A DNA stretch of 64,000 nucleotides from Vicinamibacteria bacterium (GCA_963422395.1 OY729431.1:320001-384000), one strand, 5' to 3'. Shown: positions 9,688-20,484, counted from the stretch's first letter. Made by a program: numbers and translations. Notes: generated from the letters alone by a model not told the origin.

Positions 9688-11805
9688 ATGCAACGAGTCA
9701 TTGCCCGGAAAACGGGCTTCGTAGCCCGAACGGCCCCGCTCGGTTTCCCTGCCGCGCGGGCACTCTCCGCCCTCCTGGTACTCCCCGCTGCGGCGGCGGT
9801 CTTCGCCGCGCCCGCTGACGCCGTGCCCCTGGCGGCTGCAGCGGCCGGCCCGTCGCGGACTCATTTCGAGCCGATGGATGTCTTCCAGCTCGAATACGCG
9901 TCGGACCCGCAGATCTCTCCGGACGGCACCCGGGTCATCTATGTGCGCGCCTCGATGGACATCATGCGCGACCGCCTCCGTTCCGAGTTGTGGCTCGTGA
10001 ACGCCGACGGCTCAGGCCACCGCCGTCTGAGCGATGGCGGCTCGCCGCGCTGGTCTCCGGACGGCACCCGGATCGCCTACACCGCGAACGGACAGATCCA
10101 TGTTCGCTGGATGGACACCGGCGAGAGTGCCACCCTCACCCAGCTCCTCGAACCACCGAGCGGGATCCGCTGGTCCCCCGACGGCCGCCGCCTCGCTTTC
10201 AACATGCTCGTCCCCTATCCGCCTCCGCGCCTGACCGACCCGCCCCAACCGCCAGCGGGAGCCGAGTGGGCCGCTCCTCCGATCATGGAGGATCGCTTCA
10301 AGAACCGGCAGGACGGGGTTGGCTATCTGGATTTCGGCTTCCACCACATTTTCGTCATCCCCCTCGAAGGCGGAACGCCGTTCCAGGTCACCTCGGGCGA
10401 CTACCAGCATGCGAGCACCGCCGCCTGGACGCCGGACAGCCGCCACCTCGTGTTCTCCGCGAACCGCAATTCGGACTGGGTGCGGGACCACCGGAATTCG
10501 GAGATCTATATCGCGCCGATCGCAGGCGGGGAGATCCGAGCGTTGACCGACCGGACCGGACCGGACGAAAGCCCTGTCGTGTCTCCCGACGGGCGGCAAA
10601 TCGCGTTCGTCGGCTACGAAGACCGGCGGCGGACCTACCAGATCAGCCGGCTGCAGCTGATGGATGCCGACGGGAGCGGTCAGCGCGTCGTGACCGTCGG
10701 GCTCGACCGCAGCGTGGTGAACCCCGTGTGGGCTGCCGACGGGAGCGGTCTCTACTTCCAGTACGACGACGAGGGCAACACGAAGCTCGGTTTCGCGACG
10801 CGGGACGGTGAGGTCACGGTGCTCGCGGGGAACCTCGGTGCCGAGTACGCCCGTCCCTACGGCCGTGGTTCGTTCTCGGTCGCGAGAGACGGCGCCTTTG
10901 CCGTCAACCAGACCCGTCCGGACCAGCCGGGCGATGTGGCGGTGGGCGCTTCGGAAAGCGCAGCCCGACGGATCACCTCGCTCAACGAGGATCTCTTCAC
11001 CGGCAAGACCCTCGGTGCGGTCGAGGAGATCTGGTGGGATTCGTCCTTCGACGGCATGCCGATCCAAGGCTGGATCGTCAAGCCGCCGGACTTCGATCCG
11101 GACCGCCGCTATCCGCTCCTCCTCGAGATCCACGGCGGACCGGTATCGAACTACGGTGACCGCTTCTCGGCGGAGATGCAGCTGTTCGCGGCCGCCGGAT
11201 ATGTCGTCCTGTACGCCAACCCCCGCGGCAGCACCAGTTACGGCGAAGAGTTCGCCGACCTGCTCTACCACAACTACCCCGGCGAGGACTACGACGACCT
11301 CATGTCCGGCGTCGACGCAGTGATCGCGCTCGGCTACATCGATGAGGACGCTCTCTTCGTGACCGGGGGCAGTGCCGGCGGGATCATGACCGCGTGGATC
11401 GTCGGGAAGACGGACCGTTTCCGCGCTGCGGTGTCGCAAAAACCCGTCGTCAACTGGATCAGCAAGACGCTCACTGCGGACAACTGGTACGGCTACTACG
11501 AAAGCCGCTACGAGGGCCTCCCCTGGGAAAATCCGGACGCCTACTGGAAGTTCTCGCCACTCTCACTCGTCGGGAATGTGAATACGCCGACCCTGATCGT
11601 CACCGGGGAAGCGGATCTGCGAACGCCCCTGTCGGAGTCGTACCAGTTGTTCCACGCACTCAAGATGCGCGGGATCGATACCGCGGTCGTCCGCCTGCCG
11701 GGCGCCTTCCACAACATGAGCCGCCGGCCGAGCCAGCTGATGGCCAAGATCGCCAATGTGTTGGCCTGGTTCGACAAGTACCGGGCTCCTTCCGGCACGA
11801 ACTGA
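9688..11805 (+). CDS. S9 family (DPP IV/acylaminoacyl) peptidase with beta-propeller
   Basis: SPDG propeller repeats, IHGGP, NPRGS, nucleophile GGSAGG, catalytic D (DLRTP) and H. Confidence 0.92.
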   Translation: MQRVIARKTGFVARTAPLGFPAARALSALLVLPAAAAVFAAPADAVPLAAAAAGPSRTHFEPMDVFQLEYASDPQISPDGTRVIYVRASMDIMRDRLRSELWLVNADGSGHRRLSDGGSPRWSPDGTRIAYTANGQIHVRWMDTGESATLTQLLEPPSGIRWSPDGRRLAFNMLVPYPPPRLTDPPQPPAGAEWAAPPIMEDRFKNRQDGVGYLDFGFHHIFVIPLEGGTPFQVTSGDYQHASTAAWTPDSRHLVFSANRNSDWVRDHRNSEIYIAPIAGGEIRALTDRTGPDESPVVSPDGRQIAFVGYEDRRRTYQISRLQLMDADGSGQRVVTVGLDRSVVNPVWAADGSGLYFQYDDEGNTKLGFATRDGEVTVLAGNLGAEYARPYGRGSFSVARDGAFAVNQTRPDQPGDVAVGASESAARRITSLNEDLFTGKTLGAVEEIWWDSSFDGMPIQGWIVKPPDFDPDRRYPLLLEIHGGPVSNYGDRFSAEMQLFAAAGYVVLYANPRGSTSYGEEFADLLYHNYPGEDYDDLMSGVDAVIALGYIDEDALFVTGGSAGGIMTAWIVGKTDRFRAAVSQKPVVNWISKTLTADNWYGYYESRYEGLPWENPDAYWKFSPLSLVGNVNTPTLIVTGEADLRTPLSESYQLFHALKMRGIDTAVVRLPGAFHNMSRRPSQLMAKIANVLAWFDKYRAPSGTN

Positions 11806-11920
11806 TTCGCGCTGCCGCGGCCGAACTGCCGAAAACAGCCTCGGAGGCGGCACCGTCGAGCAGCAGCCAGCGCTCGACATGGGGGTCCGGGACAGCGTGA
11901 ATCAGCAAATGGCAGTCTCA
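11806..11920 (-). pseudogene. Fragment resembling a DUF4276/TOPRIM-like partner of ABC-ATPases
   Basis: Minus strand reads HAVPDPHVERWLLLDGAASEAVFG, like the (A)VPDPHxERWLLxD motif; no complete gene. Confidence 0.45.
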
Positions 11921-12066
11921 CGCATCGAAGCTGCCGCGCAGGAGTCGTTCCGAGATCGGTACTCGGCCGGACAGGTTCTCTGTCGTCCGGCGCCGCTTTG
12001 CATCGAACCACAGGTGAGTGACTCCATTTCTCCACTTTTGCTGAACGAACTGGTGGATTTGCACAG

Positions 12067-13107
12067 CTAGCCGCAGGCTCGGCGGAGCGTTTCGAGCCCC
12101 CCGTCGGCAGGTTGGCCGTACTCGTTCACCGGCGGCGCCACGATCAGGGTCGTGGCCCCGGCCTCGCGGTAGGCGGCGATCCGTTCGGCGATCCTGGCTT
12201 CGCTCCCGAAGATGCAGACCTCGTCGAGGAGTGCGTCGGGGACCGCGGCGGCCGCTTCCCGTTTCCGCCCGTCGAGGTAGAGGTCCTGGATCCGCCGGGC
12301 CTCCGTCGGGTACCCGTAGCTGCACGCGAGGTCGCAATAGAAGTTGCGCGAGCGCGCACCCATCCCCCCGACATAGAGTGCGATCCTCGGCCGCAGCTGA
12401 TCCCGCAGGCGTGGGAGGTCGCCGCCGAGGGCGCACTCGAGCATCGGGGCCACCTCGAGGGAGGCCGCGCGGGCCCGCTTCGTTCCACCGGCGGCGAGTG
12501 CCGGACCGAAGACATCCGCCGCCCGCTCCGGGGAAAAGAGAATCGGTAGCCAGCCGTCCGCGATTTCGGCGGCGAGTTCCGTGTTCCGGGGACCGATGGA
12601 GGCGATGTGGATCGGAATCTCCGCCCGGCGGGGCCGCAGCATGAGCCGCAGGGGTTTTCCGAGTCCGGTTCCCCCGGGCAGGGGTAGCCGCTCGGTCTCT
12701 CCTTCGTATTCGAGCGGCGCCTCCCGGAGCAGGGCTTGCCGGATGATGTCCACGGTTTCGCGGGTGCGCGTCACCGGGCGGGCGAACGGAACCCCGTGCC
12801 AACCCTCCATGACCTGCGGTCCGGAAACTCCGAGGCCGAGGAGGAACCGGCCCCCGCTCAGCAGGTCGAGAGTCGCTGCCGTCTGGGCGATCAGCGCCGG
12901 CGTGCGCGAGCCGATGGGCAGGATCGCGGTTCCGAGGCGGACCCGGCCGGTCCGCGCGGCGAGGAACGCGAGGACGCTCACCGCGTCGGAACCCCAGGCC
13001 TCGGACACCCACACCGAATCGAAACCGACGGCCTCCGCCTGCTGCGCGAGCGCTGCGGGATCCGGGGATCCGGCCGTCAGGTACCCGAGTTCGAGACCGA
13101 GCCTCAC
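12067..13107 (-). CDS. LLM-class F420-dependent oxidoreductase
   Basis: WVSEAWGSD, LGLGVSGPQVMEGWHG, ALYVGGMG. Confidence 0.88.
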   Translation of the reverse strand: MRLGLELGYLTAGSPDPAALAQQAEAVGFDSVWVSEAWGSDAVSVLAFLAARTGRVRLGTAILPIGSRTPALIAQTAATLDLLSGGRFLLGLGVSGPQVMEGWHGVPFARPVTRTRETVDIIRQALLREAPLEYEGETERLPLPGGTGLGKPLRLMLRPRRAEIPIHIASIGPRNTELAAEIADGWLPILFSPERAADVFGPALAAGGTKRARAASLEVAPMLECALGGDLPRLRDQLRPRIALYVGGMGARSRNFYCDLACSYGYPTEARRIQDLYLDGRKREAAAAVPDALLDEVCIFGSEARIAERIAAYREAGATTLIVAPPVNEYGQPADGGLETLRRACG

Positions 13108-13111
13108 GCTG

Positions 13112-13912
13112 TCATCCTCCCGCGGCGCCTGCTCGCCGCCGCGGCGCGTTCGCGGAGGCTGCGGGCCGTGTTCCGGAAGGTTCCACTCCGTTCTTCGGAC
13201 ACATCGTTTCGAGCGTGCAGGAACTGCAGGTGGGATTTCTGGCGGAGCAAACCGCCCGCCCGTGGTGGATGACCCGGTGGCTGAAATCCGCCCATTCGCG
13301 CCGGGGCAGGAGCGCCATCAGCCGCTTTTCGGTGAGGGCCGGGTTCTTCTTCGGTGCCAGGCCGAGGCGGTGGGCGATGCGGAACACATGGGTGTCCACC
13401 ACCACCCCCTCGTTCTTCCCGAACCAGGTGCCGAGGACTACATTGGCGGTCTTCCGCGCCACTCCGGGCAGGGTGAGGAGCTGCTCCATGGCTTCGGGCA
13501 CCTCGCCGCCGTATTCGTCGCACAGACGCTGGCCGGCTCCGATGATCGAGCGCGCCTTGTTTCGGAAGAACCCGGTGGAGTGGATGATTTCCTCCAGCTC
13601 GTCGGGGTCGGCGGCGGCGAAGTCCGCGGCGTTTCGATAGCGGGCGAAGAGCGTCGGAGTCACGAGGTTCACCCGTCGGTCGGTGCACTGGGCCGACAGG
13701 ATGGTCGCGACCAGCAGCTGGAGCGCCGAATCGTGCCGCAGCGCGCATTCGGCCCCGGAGTACTCCGCGGTGAGCGCGCGCGCGATCCTTTTCGCTCGGC
13801 GCCGGAGCGCAGCCTCGTCCGCCCGCTGATCCCCGCCGCCGGGCTTCGGAGCCTGGGACGGACTCCGGCGCGCTTCCTCGGGGCCGGCTCGCGGGGAGTG
13901 CTTCGCGCTCAG
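13112..13912 (-). CDS. nth: Endonuclease III
   Basis: [13 protein letters not shown], Hh[18 protein letters not shown] and C-x6-C-x2-C-x5-C; start probably CTG overlapping the thiG stop. Confidence 0.92.
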   Translation of the reverse strand: MSAKHSPRAGPEEARRSPSQAPKPGGGDQRADEAALRRRAKRIARALTAEYSGAECALRHDSALQLLVATILSAQCTDRRVNLVTPTLFARYRNAADFAAADPDELEEIIHSTGFFRNKARSIIGAGQRLCDEYGGEVPEAMEQLLTLPGVARKTANVVLGTWFGKNEGVVVDTHVFRIAHRLGLAPKKNPALTEKRLMALLPRREWADFSHRVIHHGRAVCSARNPTCSSCTLETMCPKNGVEPSGTRPAASANAPRRRAGAAGG

Positions 13913-14694
13913 ATGAGGGGGGCGTCCGCGGGCGGGGAGGACGCAGTCGCGTAACGGCGCCGGGGCATCCGTCCGGCGAGCCAGGAGAGGCGGCCGCAGG
14001 CAACGGCGAGACGCATGGCCCGCGCCATCGAGAGCGGTTCACGGGCCGCGGCGATCGCGGTGTTCAGGAGCACGCCATCCGCCCCGAGCTCCATCGCGAC
14101 TACGGCGTCGGAGGCCGTGCCCACGCCAGCGTCCACGATGACGGGGACCGAAACCGCTTCCCGGATCAGCGCGATGTTGTTGCGGTTCTGAATCCCGAGG
14201 CCGGATCCGATGGGAGCGCCGAGGGGCATCACTGCTGCGGCCCCGGCATCTTCGAGCTTTTTGGCCACCACCACATCGTCGCTCGTGTAGGGCAGCACGA
14301 GAAAACCGTCCGCCGCCAGCTCGCGGGTGGCGAGGAGCAATTCGGCGGTGTCGGGATAGAGCGTCTTGCGGTCGCCGATGACTTCCAGTTTCACCCACTC
14401 GGAAAGGCCCGCCTCGCGGGCGAGCCGCGCGGTGCGCACCGCTTCGGCAGCGGTGAAGCAATCCGCGGTGTTCGGGAGGAGGGTCAGCCGATCCCGGGGG
14501 ATGTAGTCGAGCAGGTTTTCTCGAGCTTGGAGGTCCACCCGGCGGACCGCGACGGTGACCATTTCACAGCCGGAGGCCTCATGGCATTCCCGCATCGACG
14601 CGAAGGAGGCGTACTTGCCGGTTCCGAGGATCAGCCGGGAAGCGAAGGCGCGGCCGCCGATTCGCAGCGGCGCGTCCGAAAGGTTCGCGGGCAC
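13909..14694 (-). CDS. thiG: Thiazole synthase
   Basis: [30 protein letters not shown] and DAGVG; GGAGGT upstream of GTG. Confidence 0.96.
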   Translation of the reverse strand: MPANLSDAPLRIGGRAFASRLILGTGKYASFASMRECHEASGCEMVTVAVRRVDLQARENLLDYIPRDRLTLLPNTADCFTAAEAVRTARLAREAGLSEWVKLEVIGDRKTLYPDTAELLLATRELAADGFLVLPYTSDDVVVAKKLEDAGAAAVMPLGAPIGSGLGIQNRNNIALIREAVSVPVIVDAGVGTASDAVVAMELGADGVLLNTAIAAAREPLSMARAMRLAVACGRLSWLAGRMPRRRYATASSPPADAPLI

Positions 14695-14695
14695 C

Positions 14696-14956
14696 TCAGC
14701 CACCTCCCACGAAAGTGACGATCTCGATCCGGTCTCCCGGCCGGAGTGCGGTGTCCTGGTGGCGGGTGCTTCGCACCAGGCGTCCATTCAGCTCGACCGC
14801 TACCGGGCGCCCGGAAAGTCCGAGCGCATCGAGGGCGCCTCGCACTGAAGCAGGCCGCGGCAACGGGTGCTCGGAGCCGTTGACGACCAGGCTCGTCTCG
14901 GGGCTTTGCATCTCGGGGGCGGACGCGGATGCGGGGGGGCGGTCTCCTCGAGGCAT
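14696..14956 (-). CDS. thiS: Sulfur carrier protein ThiS
   Basis: VAVELNG and [13 protein letters not shown] with C-terminal GG; directly upstream of thiG. Confidence 0.92.
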   Translation of the reverse strand: MPRGDRPPASASAPEMQSPETSLVVNGSEHPLPRPASVRGALDALGLSGRPVAVELNGRLVRSTRHQDTALRPGDRIEIVTFVGGG

Positions 14957-14998
14957 GGTCCGGTCGTGCGTTCGGTGAAGGGTACCGTGGTGCGCTGT

Positions 14999-16396
14999 TC
15001 AGTGGTGGGTGAGCGCGCGCACCGCAACCGTCAATTCGTCCTGCTCCTCCGGACCGACGGTACGCAGGTCGAGAAGGACCGTTTCCTTCGAGACGCGGGA
15101 GACCACCGGAGGGTCGTGAGCGAGCAGTTCGGTCCGTATCTGTTCCGCGGTCCGGTCCGAATGGGACAGAGCCAGGCAGTGCGTGGGAAGTGTGGCGCCC
15201 GGAGCGGCGCCGCCGCCGATCCGGGAGGTCTCGGCGACCACTTCGAGCTGCCACCCCGCCGCCGGAACGATGTCGGCGCGAACGCTCGCGGCCGCTGCGG
15301 CGACTTCTGCGAGCGGGCGGACGATGGCGCGTACGATGGGGATCTCGTCGACAGCCCGTCCGCTCGCATGACTCCATAGCGTCGCCTGCAGCGCCGCGAC
15401 CGCCGTCTTGTCGGGTCGAAGCGCCCTCGCCAGCGGATTTCGGCGGCAGGCGGCTACCGCGGCTTCGGCGCCGATGAGGATCCCCGCCTGCGGCCCGCCG
15501 AGCAGCTTGTCGCCGGAGAACACCACGAGATCGGCGCCGGCCGCGATCCGGTCGGCAAGGGTCGGCTCGTCGTCGGCGCCGGCGACCCCGAATCCGGCGA
15601 GCGGCCACAGGTTGCCGCTGCCGAAGTCCTCGATCACCGGGACCCCGAACTCCGCCCCTAGTGCCGTGAGCTCGGCAGTGGTTGCAGCTTCGGTGAATCC
15701 GACGATGCGGAAGTTCGATTGGTGGACCTTGAGCAGCGCCCTCACCCGCCCAGAGCTCTCTGAAAGCGCGCGCCGGTAGTCCTCGAGCCGAGTGCGATTC
15801 GTGGTTCCGACCTCGACGAGTCGGGCGCCGCTTTTTTCGAGGATCTCCGGGATCCGAAAGGAGTCGCCGATCTCGACCAGCTCTCCGCGGGAGACCAGAA
15901 CGACTGCGCCGCGCGCGAGGGTGTCGAGCGCCAGCAGGATTCCGCCCGCTGCGTTGTTCGTGACGAGCGACTTCCGCCCCGGAAACATGGACTCGAGGAG
16001 TCCGGCGAGGTGATCCTGCCGGCTGCCCCGGTTGCCGCTGCCGAGGTCGAACTCGAGATCCGAATAGCCGCTCGCCACCCGGAACATCCGGGAAGCCGCG
16101 CGCTCTGAAAGCGGCGCCCGGCCGAGGTTCGTGTGCACCAGGACCCCGGTCGCGTTGATCACGCGCTGGAGAACGGGGCCTTCCTGTCGGTCCAGCCTTT
16201 CCTCGACGCTGGAAGCGAGCCAATCCTCCGGGTCGCGCGACCAGCCGGCCGGAACTGCATCGGCCCGCACCGCCCGGCGGATCTCGGCGATTTCCCCCCG
16301 GAGCGCCCTCGTCACCTGCGCCCGGCCGAAACGCTCCCCAAGCGCCCGGAAACGCTCGCGCTCGAGCAGGCGGCCTACCGCCGGCAGCTGTTCCAG
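14999..16396 (-). CDS. selA: L-seryl-tRNA(Sec) selenium transferase
   Basis: INATGVLVHTNLGRA, SRGELVEIG, EVGTTNRT and FSGDKLLGGPQAG; conserved N-terminal LPAVGRLL lies upstream of the first canonical start, so the start is uncertain. Confidence 0.92.
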   Translation of the reverse strand: MEQLPAVGRLLERERFRALGERFGRAQVTRALRGEIAEIRRAVRADAVPAGWSRDPEDWLASSVEERLDRQEGPVLQRVINATGVLVHTNLGRAPLSERAASRMFRVASGYSDLEFDLGSGNRGSRQDHLAGLLESMFPGRKSLVTNNAAGGILLALDTLARGAVVLVSRGELVEIGDSFRIPEILEKSGARLVEVGTTNRTRLEDYRRALSESSGRVRALLKVHQSNFRIVGFTEAATTAELTALGAEFGVPVIEDFGSGNLWPLAGFGVAGADDEPTLADRIAAGADLVVFSGDKLLGGPQAGILIGAEAAVAACRRNPLARALRPDKTAVAALQATLWSHASGRAVDEIPIVRAIVRPLAEVAAAAASVRADIVPAAGWQLEVVAETSRIGGGAAPGATLPTHCLALSHSDRTAEQIRTELLAHDPPVVSRVSKETVLLDLRTVGPEEQDELTVAVRALTHH

Positions 16397-16552
16397 CGCC
16401 GTCTGGGGGCTTCGAGACGCGGCAGGAGGCGGCGCCGCCTCCTTCGCCGACCTGCTTTGGAGAATGATGGCTACGAAGAATAGCCCGGCCGCCGATTGTC
16501 CTCAGGCTGCCGGGAACGACGGATCGCTGCTCGGCACTTCGTCCACGGATTC

Positions 16553-17062
16553 CTAGGCTTCCGCTTCGAGGGCGTCCGAAGCGGCTTCGGCAGCGGCGGC
16601 CTTGGCGCGGCGCCAGGCGGCGATGTTCTCGACGACCTCCGGGTCTTCGAGGGCAACGATCTGGGCGGCGTAGAAACCGGCGTTTTGCGCTCCCGGCTTC
16701 CCGATCGCCATCGTGCCCACCGGGAAGCCGCCGGGCATCTGCACGGTTGCGAGAAGCGCATCGAGTCCGGCGAGCGGAGTGGCGGCGAGCGGCACTCCGA
16801 TCACCGGGATCGTCGTCCGCGCCGCGAGGGCTCCCGCGAGATGGGCGGCGGCGCCGGCACCGGCGATGATGGCACGAACGCCCTGTTCTCGGGCACTTCC
16901 GGCGAGTGCGGCGGCGCGCTCCGGAGTGCGGTGGGCCGAATACACGCCCATCCGGCTCGAAACGCCCAGCGAATCGAGAACCTTCTTCGCTTCTCGCATC
17001 ACTTCGGTGTCGGATGGGCTGCCCATCACGATGAGTACGCGGGGGTTCTCGGCAAGGCTCAT
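16553..17062 (-). CDS. purE: N5-CAIR mutase
   Basis: IVMGSPSD, SAHRTP, AGAGAAAHLAG, VQMPGGFPV. Confidence 0.96.
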   Translation of the reverse strand: MSLAENPRVLIVMGSPSDTEVMREAKKVLDSLGVSSRMGVYSAHRTPERAAALAGSAREQGVRAIIAGAGAAAHLAGALAARTTIPVIGVPLAATPLAGLDALLATVQMPGGFPVGTMAIGKPGAQNAGFYAAQIVALEDPEVVENIAAWRRAKAAAAEAASDALEAEA

Positions 17063-18360
17063 GGATTTTCCTCCGTCAGTCGAGGGGGAGAAACGGCTTC
17101 GCGGGCGATGTCCGCGCGGTAGGCCCGTCCCTCCCAGGTGATGGAATCGGCGCGCCGGTAGGCGGCCTCGCGCGCGCTTCGCCAGTCGGGGCCCAGCCCG
17201 GTGACCGAGATCACCCGGCCGCCGGCGGTTTCGACTCCCGCAGCCCCGCAGCGGGTTCCGGCGTGGAAGACGAAGGCCGACTCTCCGATCTGAACCTCCT
17301 GGGGAAGCCCCCGGATCGGGGCGCCCTGCGGGCTGGCTCCTGGGTACTCGGCGGCCACCAGGGACACGGTGACCGCCCGTGCCGGACCGAGGCGCATCGG
17401 AGCCTCGGGCAGCCGGCCCCGGGCCGCTCCGAACAGGAACGGCAGGATGTCCGATTGGAGCCGGGGCGCGAGGGCCTGTGCCTCGGGGTCTCCGAACCGG
17501 ACATTGAACTCGAGCAGCTTCGGTCCGTCCCGGGTCAGCATCACCCCGGCATACAGGACCCCCCGATACTCCCGCCGCTCGGCGCGCAGGCCGGCGACCG
17601 CCGGTTCCACGATCTCCCGGCGAACCCGCTCCATCGTGGAGGGGCCGGCCATCCGGCCTGGGCTCAGGCAACCCATGCCGCCCGTGTTCGGTCCGCAATC
17701 GCCCTCGAAACGGCGCTTGTAGTCTCGGGCAGTTCCGCACATGGCGATCCGCGTCCCGTCGCTGATCGCAAAGACGCTCTGTTCGGTTCCCTCGAGACGC
17801 TCTTCTAGAACCACGGACTTCCCCGCCTCACCGAGTTCGCCGTCGAGCAACCGAGCTGCGTCCCGTTCTGCCGCCGCGCGGTCGTCGGGCAGGAAGACCC
17901 CCTTGCCGGCGGCGAGTCCACTCGCCTTCACGACGGGCCGCTCGCCGAGCTCCTCGGTACGAAGCACCCTCCGCGCCGCTTCCAGGTCGCGCACGACGGC
18001 GTAGCGCGCGGTGGGAATCCGGTGGCGGTCACAGAACCTCTTCGCGAATTCCTTCGAGGCTTCGAGAAGCGCGGCGTTCCGGCGGGGGCCGAAGCAGGGG
18101 ATGTCCCGCTCCGCGAGACGGTCGGCGAGGCCGCCGGCGAGCGGCGCCTCGGGGCCGGCGACCACCAGGTCCACGGCCTCGTTCGCCGCGAGTTCGGTGA
18201 GCGCCCCGATGTCCTCCGCTACCACGGGGGCCAAGCGGGCGATCCTCGCGATCCCCGGGTTTCCGGGGGCGGCGATCAGTTCCTCGAGTTCCGGACTCCG
18301 AGAGATCGCCCACGCCAGAGCGTGTTCTCGGCCACCGCCGCCGACGAGCAGAACCCGCAT
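17059..18360 (-). CDS. purD: Phosphoribosylamine--glycine ligase
   Basis: GGGGREHAL, KASGLAAGKGV, GPNTGGMG, EFNVRFGDPE. Confidence 0.97.
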   Translation of the reverse strand: MRVLLVGGGGREHALAWAISRSPELEELIAAPGNPGIARIARLAPVVAEDIGALTELAANEAVDLVVAGPEAPLAGGLADRLAERDIPCFGPRRNAALLEASKEFAKRFCDRHRIPTARYAVVRDLEAARRVLRTEELGERPVVKASGLAAGKGVFLPDDRAAAERDAARLLDGELGEAGKSVVLEERLEGTEQSVFAISDGTRIAMCGTARDYKRRFEGDCGPNTGGMGCLSPGRMAGPSTMERVRREIVEPAVAGLRAERREYRGVLYAGVMLTRDGPKLLEFNVRFGDPEAQALAPRLQSDILPFLFGAARGRLPEAPMRLGPARAVTVSLVAAEYPGASPQGAPIRGLPQEVQIGESAFVFHAGTRCGAAGVETAGGRVISVTGLGPDWRSAREAAYRRADSITWEGRAYRADIAREAVSPPRLTEENP

Positions 18361-18378
18361 CGTGGCGCGGGATCGGAA

Positions 18379-18573
18379 TCAGCGGGTGCGGCGCCGGCGC
18401 TTGCGAGCCCGCTTGCGGGCTGCGGCTCGTTTGGCGCGCAGCTTGTCGCCGGGCTTCACATAGAAGGAGTGGCGCTTGATCTCCTTGATGATGTCCTCGG
18501 CCTGCACCCGCCGCTTGAAACGGCGAAGCGCTGCATCGATCGCCTCGCCTTCCTGAACGACGATTTCCGCCAA
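18379..18573 (-). CDS. rpsU: 30S ribosomal protein S21
   Basis: EGEAIDAALRRFKR and FYVKPG; basic C-terminus; TTG start. Confidence 0.95.
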   Translation of the reverse strand: MAEIVVQEGEAIDAALRRFKRRVQAEDIIKEIKRHSFYVKPGDKLRAKRAAARKRARKRRRRTR

Positions 18574-18660
18574 GTGAACCTCGATGCGATGGTGTTGCGA
18601 TTCGTGGGGTTGCGCTACGGAATCGGAAAACTCCGAAATCTCAAGCCCCGGGAGGCGCGA

Positions 18661-18689
18661 ACGCTAAGCCGTGATCTCCCTGGTGTCAA
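18661..18689 (-). promoter_or_regulatory. Sigma70-type promoter of the rpsU-purD-purE operon
   Basis: TTGACA (18689-18684), 17-bp spacer, TAGCGT (18666-18661). Confidence 0.6.
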
Positions 18690-18710
18690 GAACCGTTCCG
18701 AGATCTCCAC

Positions 18711-20383
18711 TCATTCCCCCCCGTCCGGCAGGTCGGGCAGCAGCCCCGCGTAGGCGTAGAGGACGGTCGCCACCGACTTCTCGCCGCCGGCCATCCCGTA
18801 CACCTCACCCGCTCCCTCGATCACCCAGAACTCGTTCGCCGCGTGGGCGCCCCCGCCGTGTCCGACGGCTCCGCCCACGATCGGCATGGCGAGATCCGTC
18901 CCGCCGGGGAGCGAGCCGTCTCTCCCGCTGAACAGATACGCCGGCCAGTAGCCCCCGAGGATGGATTCGTCCTCGATCGGCTGCCGGTAACGGATGTCGA
19001 AGATGTCGAACATCCGGGTCACCGAGTCGGCCAGCCGGTTGTCGTAGTTGGATTTCGACCAGGGGACATCGCCGACGATCGTCATCTCCACATCCTCGTA
19101 TCCCTGCTCGTCGAGGTAGTCGCGGACCTTCTGCACCATGGCCAGCCCGTCCTGGTCCGGCACATAGCGGATGTTGTGCTTGGAGGTGATCCGGTTCGGC
19201 AGGATCGCGCCGGCCCCGCCGGGGTACATGTTCCCGGCCCAGACCCCGTCCATGTTGAAGGAGATCCCGTAGCGCGCGTTCTTCAGATGCTGCAGCGGAT
19301 CGTCGGTCATGAAGCGGGCCACCCCGATGTTCTCGGCGGCGACCGTGAGGTCCAGGTTTTCCGCCGCACTTCGGAACATCGCCTCCTCGGCGGGGGTCAG
19401 CGGGGCGGCGCCGTCGTAGAAGCCGGGCACCAACACCCGGTTTCCGTCGTCGGAGATCAGGGTGGACAGCATCTTGATGTGCCGCAGCGCGGGAGCGTCG
19501 GTGGAGCGCTTGTGGGCGCCGTGGATGTTCGAGGCCAGCGGCCCCCGGCCCCAGCTCGCCCCGCTCGTCGTCAACTCGATGTACACGCACCCCTCCGAGC
19601 CGCCGGAAAAGCCGGCCGCCCCGCTCCGCGCCTGGCGCCCGGTGCGGTACATGGCCTCGGCCTCCCGGAAGAGCTCGGGGTTCTCGCGCACGAACTGGCG
19701 CAGGCCGATGGACATCCGCTCCTCGTCCCCCTCGGCGACGAAGATCAGGTTCACCGGCATCGAGCCCGTCACCTCGTAGATCGAGTGGAAGGCGTTCACT
19801 GGGTCATCTGCGGCCCCTTCGAGTTCGTGGCACCCCGCCCGACCATCACCTTCTGGAACGGACCGAACTCGGTCAGCTCGCCGTCGAACGGCGGCAGCAC
19901 CCAGGCCTCGGGCTGGGTGATCGGCATCGTGTCGTACATCCAGTAGATGAGCAGCGTCCGCTCCTGTCCGTAGTCGCAGTTGGCATAGACGACCGGGTTG
20001 CCGGGCTGCCCCCACTCGGTCATGGGAATGTCGTACACCTGCGACTGCTGGCAGCCGAGCTGGTCGAAGAAGCCCTTGACCATCTGGGCGGACTCGGGAA
20101 TGCCCTCGCCGGAGTTGGAAATGCTGGGCTGCTGGATCCAGCGGCGGAGGTTCGTCACATGGCGGTCCACGTTCTCGTCGATGTGGGCGAACACCTGCCG
20201 CAGTTCCTCGGGGAGCTGTTCCAGGTCGGGGGCGATCTCGGTGTCGCCCTGCGCCCGAATCCCGAGAGTTCCCCCGGCGGCCGAGCCCGCCTCGTCCTCC
20301 GCCTCCGGCGCCCCGCAGCCGTAAATGGCCAACCCGGAAAGGGCCAGCGCCAACACACCGCATCGAAACGCTTCGGGCATCAT
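18711..20383 (-). pseudogene. M20 family metallopeptidase lipoprotein, frameshifted copy (paralog of 48657-50357)
   Basis: Split into ORFs 19796-20383 and 18711-~19800; gcgttcactggg here versus gcgttccactggg in the intact copy (1-bp loss at ~19797). Confidence 0.85.
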
Positions 20384-20454
20384 CGAAAACTCCTCAGAAA
20401 ATCGAGACCGGGGAATCGGAACCAAGCCGCAAGATCCCCACGGGCCGCCAACGG

Positions 20455-20484
20455 AACATACGCGGCCCCCGGCTACGCTGTCAA
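20455..20484 (-). promoter_or_regulatory. Putative sigma70 promoter of M20 copy 1
   Basis: TTGACA-18 bp-TATGTT on the minus strand. Confidence 0.45.

Noticed and set aside
11897-12070. Small plus-strand peptide (MNQQMAVSR...) as a RiPP precursor
   Set aside because: No modifying enzymes nearby; better explained as a decayed scar.
14957-14998. TPP riboswitch upstream of thiS-thiG
   Set aside because: Only 42 bp of intergenic sequence and no TPP consensus.
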